Source: Eledone cirrhosa (Eukaryota). From it: a stretch of DNA of 64,000 nucleotides. The notes under the pieces are model-generated. The model was not told the origin of the DNA. It saw only the letters and a list, made by a program, of their open reading frames with translations, and did no database searches. The stretch covers positions 232,996,001-233,060,000 of the forward strand of contig OZ024741.1 in the NCBI GenBank assembly GCA_964016885.1. Direction: 5' to 3'. Of this stretch, positions 54,000-64,000 are shown piece by piece (position 1 is the first letter of the stretch; the number at the start of each line of letters is the position of its first letter). The translations under genes were made by a program, and so were the position numbers.

Positions 54000-56900
54000 A
54001 GAAATACCGGGATGGCGGCCGTGGGGGAATAGCTGTGTCTCTAGGGGAGGACTACCCCTCTAGTCTTGGTTGACACTCGTCCTAGAAGTGGTAACACGAA
54101 ATGATTACTCCTTGGCGGTTAAGGATAAAATGCTACAAAATAAAGTAAATGTCAAATGATAACATCTCATACCGGATCGGTCGTCACCCGGGTCAAAAAG
54201 AGCCGCGTCCCTCAGAGAGGAACCAGACTGGGGTCGAAAAATCAGCTAATGGTTCAAACCTTCCCATCACTTCGGAGCTGGAGACCTCCCATAACCGGAA
54301 TACTCCTACTGTTGGCCCTCCATGCTCACCACCAAGAAATCCAAAGAAAAAGAGAGAAAAATGGTCAAAGGCAGACAATAAAGAAGTACTTGATGTTTTC
54401 TACACTGCCATGTACTACCCATCAAATATATCGAATACAGAACAGACATATATCAACTGGAAAAAGAAACATCCCGAAAACAGAGGCTATATTGACAGTA
54501 ATAAACTAGCCAATATACGAAGAAATATTGTTAAAAAAAAAGTTACTAACTGATATAGAAATTGATCAGATCAAGCTATTAGCACAAAGTCAGCGAAGGG
54601 AAAATGAAACATGTATCAGTGAAAACGAGGTAAATTGTAACACTTCGAATCCCAGGGTTGGGGCGGAATGACTGACAACAGAACAAATTAAAGAAAGGAT
54701 CGAAAAAGTGGAGGGAATGCATGCTCAAGATGAAACTCAAAATGAAAACAATGAGATCGTAAATGATAAAGAAATGAATGAGAATGAACTTGCCAACTTG
54801 AAGGATGAAATTATGATCGAATGGATGAAAATGAAAGAATCTGACATGGGGGAACGAGACAACCTCCCTAAGATCCAGAACTCCAAACAGAACCAAAAGA
54901 TAATACACAAGACTAACATAATTCTCAAAAACATTATCATAACAAACAAACTAAACATTACTGATTTAAATCATCTCTATTATGCATCGGCTAAAGTCAC
55001 CACTTACTTATGTGGAGTGAAAATGAAAAGGCAAAGGTATTCCTACAAGAAATCTACTTGGCAAGAGAACATCAATCGACAAATAAACCTTCTCCGATCT
55101 GACAGAAATTTTAACAAACAACAAAGTAGGTGAACATGTTAAACAAACTATACTTAGAAAATTGAAAATAAAATACAGTATAAAATCAACAAGTGACATA
55201 GACATACTGATAGAAATAATCAAGCAAAAAGTGTCGGCTAAAGCTGCTCGTATAAGGCGCTTTGAAAAACGATCTAGATTCTATAAGGACAACATGTTCA
55301 AAAACAACCAAAGAAACTTCTACAGAATAATTGGCACGTCAACAATAACTGCTAAATCAATACCACCCAAGGAGGAAGTGCAAGAATTCTGGGAAAAGAT
55401 CTGGGCCGAAGAAAAAGTCCATAATATACATGTCCCATGGATAGACAGACAACTGAAAGATACAGCTCACCTTGAGGAACAAATATGGGAAAATATAACA
55501 GTTGAACAGTTGCGTTTGGCTCTTAGAAAAACCAGCAAATGGAAATCCCCAGGAAAAGACAAAATACCAAATTTCTGGATAAATGCCTTCACAGAGTCTC
55601 ATGAGCTGTTAGCCCAACTTTATAATGAAATAGTTAAGGAGCCAGAAAAGATACCATCATGGCTAGTTAACGGCATTACATTCCTGCTTCCGAAGAATGA
55701 TGAGACAAACAATCCCAAAAATTACAGACCGATAACTTGCTTGACCACAATGTATAAAATTTTAACATCAGTCCTAACTGAATATACATATGACCACCTG
55801 ATAACAAATAACATATTTCCCAACGAGGCTCATATGGCTGTAAGGATCAGCTTTTGGTTAACAAAATGATACTGGAAGATTGTCGTAATAGACACAAAAA
55901 ACTATCAATTGCTTGGATAGATTATAAAAAAGCATTCGATAGTTTGCCACACAGTTGGATTGAAAAATGTTTAAAGATTTTCAAAATATCTCCCGTTGTC
56001 AGGAGGTTCTTGTCATTCAGTATGAAGTCATGGAAAACGACACTCCTTTTGAATAGTGAAAAGGAATCACTGGAAGCTGGAGAAGTTAATATTAATTGTG
56101 GAATTTTTCAGGGTGACTCTTTATCACCGCTTTTATTCTGCATCGCACTTATACCATTAAGTAAAATGCTCAATGAAACAAAACAATGATATAAAGTCTA
56201 TGACAAAACCATTAATCACTTGTTCTACATGGATGACCTGAAACTATTTGCAAAAAATGATGAACAATTGCAAGGGCTATTATCCACTGTGGAGCAGTTC
56301 AGTGATGACATTAAAATGGAGTTTGGACTAGATAAATGCGCCAAAGCAACGTTCACCAGAGGAAAGCTGCTGAAAAGTTCAGACATTAATCTTGATCGGG
56401 GGAATGTGATAAGAGAACTTGATCAAGAGGAAACTTACAAATATCTAGGTGTTTGTGAAGGAGACGGAATCAAGCACTCGACAATGAGGGAAAGGATAAG
56501 GAAGGAATGTTACCGCAGAGTAAGAGCAATCTTAAGAACGGAATTGAATGCAAGGAATAGGATCGATGCCATAAACACGCTTGCGATACCAGTAGTAACC
56601 TACAGCTACAATGTCATCAACTGGTCAAGCACAGAGATCCGTAGGCTCGATACAAAAATTAGAAAATTCTTAACCATGCACAGAATGCATCACCCTAAGG
56701 CAGATATAGATAGAATATATCTCCCTAGGAAAGAAGAAGGACGTGGGTTAATCCAGTTAGATATTGCGTTGAAAACTGCAACAATTGGATTATCTACATA
56801 TCTAAGGAAATCACATGATTGGATGATCAAACTCGTTTTGAAACACGAAAGCATCAAAAGATCATACTCCGTAACAAAAGATGCACAAAGATACAGTAAT

Positions 56901-57910
56901 GGACTACAAATTTCAGAAGTCTCATTTACTGCTGAAATGGAAAACACAGAAAAAGCAAAGCAGGTAAAAGTAACAGCAAAGAAAGAACTGCTACAGAAAC
57001 TGGCTAAGAAATGGCAAGAAAAGCCTCTGTATGGAAAATACCCAGAAAGAGCTAACAATCCTGATGTTGACAAAACTTTAACCCATCAGTGGTTGGCATC
57101 CTGTGGACTGAAATCGGAGACTGAAGGACTGATTATATCAGCACAAGATCAGTGTCTGCCAACAAAAAATTACCAAGCAGACATAATAAAAAATGGATGC
57201 AACCCATTATGCCGTGTATGTAAAAAACAACCAGAGACCATTGATAATATAATTTCAATGTGCAGTCCTATAGCTCCAACCGAATACCTAAACAGGCATT
57301 ACAGAGCTGCACAATACATACATTGGATAATGTGTAAGCATTTTGACCTGCCCCATCAAAAGAATTGGTGGGAGCATCAACCACCTCCCATACTTGAAAA
57401 AGATCACATCTCAATCTTGTGGAACTTTAGCATCCAAATAGACCGAAAAATAGATGCAAATAGACCTGATATAATACTGAAGGACTTTAAATAGAGGGTA
57501 ATTGATATGTCCGTTCCAATAGACAAGAAATTATCTATAAAAACATTTGAAAAATTGAGCAAGTATAAGGACCTGGAGATAGAAATTGGAAAAATGTGGA
57601 AATTGAGAACTAAAACAATACCAGTGGTTGTAGGCGCTCTAGGAATGATAGCTAAGGGGTCTAATGATTACTTATCGCAAATCTCAGGAAACCCGCGTAT
57701 AGGAGAAATACAAAAGATAGTACTAATGGGAACTGCCCATATACTAAGGAAGATTCTGTCAATATAAGTACATCACAAGTCTAAACACTAAAGATGCATG
57801 TGTGAGTATGTATGTTCTTTCTTGAACATGGCGGACCTTGTTGTCTCTTGAGGTCACTGGTTGTGACTTGGTGATAACTCGTATGAACATAAAGCAAGAT
57901 AAATGCAACT

Positions 57911-57950
<40 letters not shown>
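54000..57950 (+). mobile_element. R4/Dong-clade RLE non-LTR retrotransposon, near full length, frameshifted, (TAA)n tail
   Basis: N-terminal KWSKADN...KLANIRRNI; WKSPGKDKIPNFWI; YRPITCL; [10 protein letters not shown]; GIFQGDSLSPLLF; FYMDDLKL; CCHC CRVC...ETIDNIISMC; RLE RPD...IDMSVP...EKLSKYKDL. Confidence 0.93.
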
Positions 57951-57952
<2 letters not shown>

Positions 57953-58540
57953 GGCTGGAGACATGATGTGATAGGCAGGGCGATCCACTGACATCTATGC
58001 AAAGTAAACAATTTATCACATTCTGAGAAGTGGTATGAGCATAAGCCAGAGTCGGTGATAGAAAAAGATCAGGTGGAGGTGCTATGGGATTTTAGGATAC
58101 AGACGGACAAGAAATTAGAACACAATAGACCTGACCTGGTGGTTTTGGACAAGGAAAAAAAATCTTGCCTGATTGTAGATGTAGCCTGCCCATTTGACAC
58201 GAGAGTGCAAGAAAAGGAGAGGGAGAAAATTAAAAGAGATCAGGACTTAAAGTGGGAGTGAAAAATGATTTAGAACTGCCATGAAATCAAGGTCGTCCCG
58301 ATTGTCATAGGAGCACTAGGTACTATCTCAAAGAGTTTCCAAGGATGTTTAAAGAAGATTAATCCAGCCCCGCTTTTTGGAACACTTCAAAAGGCATGCT
58401 TGCTGGGAACAGCAAGAACACTCCGATACGTCCTGAATATTTGAGGCTGCAGGTAGTGGCTTGATATTCATTTCAACAAACTTTCCAGTTAAATAACATC
58501 AATGACTGAGACTCAAAGAACAATAATAATAATAATAATA
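57951..58540 (+). mobile_element. R4/Dong family B, 3' fragment
   Basis: WDFRIQTDKKLEHNRPDLVV...VDVACPFD; near-identical to 62425-63035; (TAA)n tail. Confidence 0.9.
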
Positions 58541-58730
58541 ATAATTGTTTCTACTTTAGGCACAAGGCCAGCAATTACCCAGTGCATTACTGGTACTTTA
58601 TTTTATCGACCCCGTAAGGATGAAAGGCAAAGTCAACCTCAGAGGGATTTGAACTCAGATCGTAAAGGGACGTAACTATGCTGGAAAGCATGGCGTCCGA
58701 CCCTCTACCGATAATGCCAATCTACCGCCC
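58541..58730 (-). mobile_element. tRNA-derived SINE in (TAA)n
   Basis: Same family as 22206-22394. Confidence 0.9.
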
Positions 58731-58740
58731 TACTAATAAT

Positions 58741-60402
58741 AATGATTTTTTTATTGGCCACAAGGGCTAACATCAAGAAAAACATTACAGACGGCACAGG
58801 ACGGTACGATGTGGGTTTTGTGCGTGGAAATATTTTTATTATTTATATATGCAAAGAAAAAAAAAAGACATAGAAACATATATATATATAAACAATAAAA
58901 ATGAAAATTGAAACAATGAAAAATTCCCCAATAGGAGGGAAACCTCCGAGGGTTACTCGTGGCTAAAACCACACAAAAGACCACGGCCAGCCTGACCACC
59001 AGGGCAAGCGCCCTCTCTCAATTTTTCCATTTCTCTAACTACAGACGTATATTCAGAACGGTCCCGTTCACTCGGACCATTCTCGCTACATTCACCCACC
59101 TTTCAACAAACTTGCTAGAAGGCAGCACTTGCCTCTCCACCCTGATTTTCCTCTTCAAGTGAAACTTGAAAAAGTTAATTAGGGATTCGCCGAAGAGGAA
59201 AGTGTCTGTCTTTAACCCTTTTAACCTTGTCCACCACACAATCTCTTTCGCCATGGCCACCGGGCAGTTGAAAACCGCCTGCCCTTCCTCCTCGAAGGAA
59301 GACGGCGAGACCATCTGCACAATGGACTCAGTCGATAACCGGATCCGTCCTACACGCGACAGCAACTGTTCGACATAGCTCTACAAGTCAGCAATGCTCG
59401 GGCACTGAACGAGTGCGTGCACGAAGGTTTCGTCGCTCTGCGCGCATCTCGGACAGGCTCGGCTGACGGCACTTCCTTGCCTGTAGAGCTTATCTCGAAC
59501 CGGCAGGGTTCCCCGCTAGCACTGCCAGGTCAGGGATTTTGGAAATTATCCATAGGCCCTGATCTTCTTCAACGCCCAGGATCTCTCCGAGAATGTCGTC
59601 GCTCTTCCCCTCCACTTGTCCTCTATAGAACGCCGAGGTGGATGTTCCACCAATACTGGTTACCAGCTGGCAGAGGGCAGTGAGCGCCTGGAGCGCCTGG
59701 AGACATTCCAGTTTCCAAGCGCTATCCCTCGGTCTTTTTCTGACCCAGGACTGCAGCTCCGTCAAGGAGACGAGCTGTGGGAAAACGTGCCTGGCGAACG
59801 GCGACCACACCTGTTCACCGTCAAGGAAGCACCAGAGATGTCGCAGCCTCAGCGCATGTTTGCGCATCATCATCTATGGCATGCCCAGTCCTCCACGCGA
59901 CGGGTGTTGACAGCAGATGGATCGTCTGACCATGGGAGCGCGTCCCTTCCACAAAAGGCGGAAGAGGAGGCACTCCATTTTGGTGAGAGTTGGACTGGAG
60001 CAAGGGACGACGGTGAGGCGGTAGCAGATGACGGATGCGATGTACGCATTCGCCACCTCCGCCCGGCCTTTCAGGGACAGCTTCCTCTCGGCCCATTTCT
60101 GGGTGAGAGAGGCCACCCTGCTCGTCACCTCGTTCCAGTTTTTCTCCATCTAGAGGTCCGGTCCGAACCAGACCCCGAGCAATTTAACCGGTCCGTCCGT
60201 CCAACGCCTCACGGCGCTGTCGGACGGCATGGACTTGCCTCTCCAGGTGCCGAGCTGCAAGCCCACCGACATTTGCTGGTTTATTTTTGCTCCTGTCAGC
60301 GCTTCGTATTCCTTGTGAGCGGTGCCGAGCATCTGGGCGTGTCTGGTGCTCGATACCACCACGGTGACATCGTCAGCGTAAGCCAACTCGGATTTCCCGC
60401 AT
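58741..60402 (-). mobile_element. Tx1-like (L1 clade) LINE, 5'-truncated
   Basis: LAYADDVTV, YEALTGAKIN, KLLGVWFG, WAERKLSLKGRAEVAN, GGLGMP, zinc knuckle CPRC...ETFVHALVQC, AMAKEIVW. Confidence 0.9.
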
Positions 60403-60417
60403 CTTAATAATAATAAT

Positions 60418-63005
60418 AAAAATAGATTGGAAATAAAGTACAAAACTAGGGGAGAAAAGCTAAATATTATCATAGAGGAACTGAAGCAACGCATTGTAGC
60501 AAAAAGTGCAAAGATTAGGCGGTATGAGAGCAGAGTCAGTTAGTATAGACAGAACCGCATGTTTGACAACAGCCATAAGATGTTGTTTGGACAGCTTGAA
60601 GGGAAAGAAAGAGGCAACGACTTGATCCCCGAGGCGGAACAGACTAAGACAATCTGGAGAGGAATATGGGAGCAGGATGTTGAACATAATGGTCAGTCAG
60701 TGTGGATTGAGACAGTACAAAAGGAGATTAGTGAACAAGCACACCAACAAACTGATTTGAGTATCACAGTTGAAACTCTTAACGGGCAGGCCAAAAAACT
60801 AACCAACTGGAAATCACCAAGCCTAGATGGTGTGCAGGGGTATTGGATTAAAAATATAACATCCCTCCACCCGAAACTGACAACGATGTTCAATGACTGC
60901 TTGATGTCGGATGAGGTACCAGAGTGGTTGACAAAATGTACCACAGTTCTGGTAATGAAAGACCGAATCAAGGGTAATGATGTTAGCAACTATAGACCTA
61001 TCACATGTATGTCCGTAATGTGGAAACTGTTAACAAGCATTGTGTCTGAGATCTACCATCTACCATCACCTCCACATAAACAACTTGTTACCGGATGAAC
61101 AGAAAGGATGCTGAAAGAAGTCCCGTGGTACAAAAGACCAGTTACTTATTGATAAGATGGTAATGAGGAATTGCAAGAGGAGACACACTGGTCTTGCCAT
61201 GAGATGGATAGATTACAAAAAGGCATTCAACATGTTATCTCATTCTTGGATAAACTCTAGAGATCTTCAAGGTGGCAGATAACATCAGACAGTTGTTGAG
61301 CAAAAGTATGAAGTCCTAGAAAACAGAGATAACATCGGGTGGAGAATCCTTGGGAGGCGTGAAGATCAAGAGAGGTATCTTCCAGGGAGATAGTTTGTCC
61401 CCTCTGTTGTTTGTCCCTGCCCTGATACCCCTGACCATTATATTGCGAAAAGTAAGAGCAGGATACAAGTTGGGAAAATGAGAGTTTACAATCACTTCAA
61501 GGACGATCTTAAACTCTTTGGGAAGAGTGAGAAGGAGTTGGATCTACTTGTTGACACTGTCCGTATTTTCAACAATGATATATGTATGGAATTTGGTATT
61601 AATAGGTGTGGAGTCCTTGTGATGAAGAGGGGTAAATTGAGCAGAAGCAACGGAATCCAGGTACCAACAGGTGAGATGATAAAGGAAATTGACACTGAAG
61701 AAGGATACAAATATTTAGGTGTTCTGGAGGCAGATGACATCAAGAACAAAAAGATGAAGGAATTGATAAGATCCGAGTACATTTAGAGAGTAAGGAGCGT
61801 ATTAAAATCACATCTAAATAGTAGGAATGTCATAAGTGCAGTGAATTCCCGAGCTGTGTCTATTATTAGTTACAGTGCGGGAATTCTGAAATGGAATGTT
61901 GCTGAACACAAAGAAGTGGATAGGAAGACTAGGAAGCTATTGACTATCTACAACATGTTCTACAAGAGGAGTGATGTCGATAGACTCTACTTAAGGAGAT
62001 CTTAGGGTGGAAGAGGTCTTATCAGCATAGAGGACTGTGTTCAGATGGAGAAAAACAACCTGCACAAATACGTGACTGTCAGTAGGGAACCAATGCTCAA
62101 AATTGTACTGAAGGAAAAGACAATAGACCAGGGGATGTCCAAGGAGGAAATAACAACAAGGAGGCAGAGCAACTTTCATGAAAAATCCCTTCATAGTACC
62201 TTCTTTAAGAAAACTGAATTTAACTGGTTAAAAAGAGCAAACCTTAAAAAGGCTACAAAAGGAATGCTTATGGCTGCGCAAGAGCAGGCCCTCAGAACGA
62301 AGTGGGTGAAACACCATATTTACAAGGAGGAAGCTAGCCCACTGTGCAGGGTCTGTGGAGAGAGAGAGGAGACTGTGGCTCACATTGTATCCGAGTGTAA
62401 ACACCTAACCCAGACTCAATATAAAGGCTGGAGACATGATGTGATGGGCAGGGTGAGCCACTGGCACCTATGCAAATTAAACAATTTACCACATTCTGAG
62501 AAGTGATATGAGCATAAGCCAGAGTCGGTGATAGAAAACGATCAGGTGAAGGTGCTGTGGGATTTTAGGATACAGACGGACAAAAAATTAGAACACAATA
62601 GGCCTGACCTGCTGGTTTTGGACAAGGAAAAAAGATCGTGCCTGATTGTTGATGTAGCCTGCCCATTTGACACGGGAGTGCAAGAAAAGGAGAGGGAGAA
62701 AATTAATCGATACCAGGACTTAAAGTGGGAGGTAATAGGGATTTGGAACTGCCATGAAGTCAAGGTCGTCCCGATTGTCATACGTGCACTAGGTACTATC
62801 TCAAAGAGTTTCCAAGGATGGGTAAAGATTAGTGCAGTCCCGCTTTTTGGAACACTTCAAAAGGCATGCTTGCTGGGAACAGCAAAAACCCTCCGATACG
62901 TCCTGAATATCTGAGGCTGCAGGTAGCGGCTTGATATTCATTTCAACAAACTTTCCAGTTAAATAACATCGATAACTGAGACTCAAAGAATAAAAATAAT
63001 AATAA

Positions 63006-63035
<30 letters not shown>
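60418..63035 (+). mobile_element. R4/Dong family B, 5'-truncated, decayed
   Basis: NWKSPSLDGVQGYWIK, NYRPITCM, GIFQGDSLSPLLF, DDLKLF, YKYLGVLE, CRVCGEREETVAHIVSEC, RPDLLV. (TAA)n on both sides. Confidence 0.92.
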
Positions 63036-63037
<2 letters not shown>

Positions 63038-64000
63038 ATTTCATTTATTAGCCACAAGGGCCGACATGTAGGGGACAATACAAAGACAGGGACAGTGGGG
63101 GTTTACAATAAGGTCGAGTAAAAGTGCACAATGGCAAGACTAATTTAACAATGAAAATATAAAAATATAAAATAAACTATGCATAAATATAACAAAATAA
63201 ATTCCCCAATAGGGGGTGGACGACCCTGGGGTGACTCGGGTACCCCACCAATCCTGAACCACCCTGCGCTTCTAGGGCACCCAGGGAGAGCACCCCTCTC
63301 CTCAAGTTAGCTAGCCTACAGGCGCATGGTCAGAGTAGGCCCATTTACACGAGCCATTCTCGCCACATTCACCCACCTTTTCGCAAATGTACTGGGGGGC
63401 AGCACTTCTCTCTCCACCCTCACCTTCCTTTCCAGGTGAAACTTGAAGAAGTTAATAATGAGGGATTGGCCGAAGAGAAAAGTGTCTGTCTTCAGTCATT
63501 TTAACCTGGTCCACCATACAACCTCTTTTGCAACTGCCACCAGACAGAGGAAAATGTCCTGCTCTTCCTGACCTAAGGAAGTCGGTGGATCGATCTTCAC
63601 TATGGACTCGGCCGATAGCTGGATTCGTTCCACACGCGACAGTAGCTGTTCGACATAACTCCACAAGTCAGTAATGCACGGACATTGGACAAGTGCGTGC
63701 AGAACGGTTTCGTCGTTCTGTGCGCATCTTGGGCAGGTCCGTCAGACAGCACTTCCGTGCCTGTAGAGTTTATCCCGAACCGGCAGTGCCCCCCGGTAGA
63801 AATTGTCCATCGTCCCCGGCTCGAAAGTCCTCCAGTACAGACTGGTCAGTTCGACTTCGTCGAGGCGCAAAGCTTCTCCGAGTGCGTCATCGCACTTGCC
63901 CACCACTAATCCTCTATAGAACTCGAGAGTGGAAGTTCCACTGATCGCATTGCCCGCTTGGTAGAGGGCAGTGAGTGCCTGGCAACATTCCAGGTGCCAG
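63036..64000 (-). mobile_element. Tx1-like LINE 3' end (continues past the window edge)
   Basis: Homologous to 58741-59720, for example GATAAACTCTACAGGCACGGAAG and CPRC...ETVLHALVQC. Confidence 0.88.

Noticed and set aside
54010-54120. Possible HDV-like ribozyme in the 5' UTR of the R4/Dong element
   Set aside because: Several short helices are present, but I could not fit a consistent P1/P1.1/P2/P3 double pseudoknot by eye. An RNArobo or Infernal search would decide.

Overview
Eukaryotic, AT-rich, microsatellite-saturated DNA. The SINE and LINE families resemble those of octopod cephalopods, but the taxon is an inference. The only host gene visible is a + strand receptor-type protein tyrosine phosphatase: five GT-AG exons (1335-1426, 26580-26702, 44607-44761, 46895-47030, 47798-47947) separated by 25-kb, 18-kb and shorter introns. 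Its WPD loop reads WPG. The rest is mostly transposon-derived: a Neptune-like Penelope 3' end, a CR1/L2-group APE-RT LINE, an RTE-X-like LINE with a PHD finger, RTE fragments, a Gypsy relic, a Helitron 3' end, R4/Dong RLE LINEs, Tx1 LINEs and many tRNA-derived SINEs. The most striking unannotated signal is a dense set of type I hammerhead ribozyme (HHR) motifs. About 11 have a complete core and several more are degenerate. They belong to at least 7 unrelated short families, are mostly inserted in (TA)n arrays and are often arranged with an inverted copy of their own 3' tail. One HHR sits directly at the 3' end of the APE-RT LINE. All folds were done by eye. Nearly all long ORFs in the track made of YI/VC/HT repeats are microsatellite artefacts.
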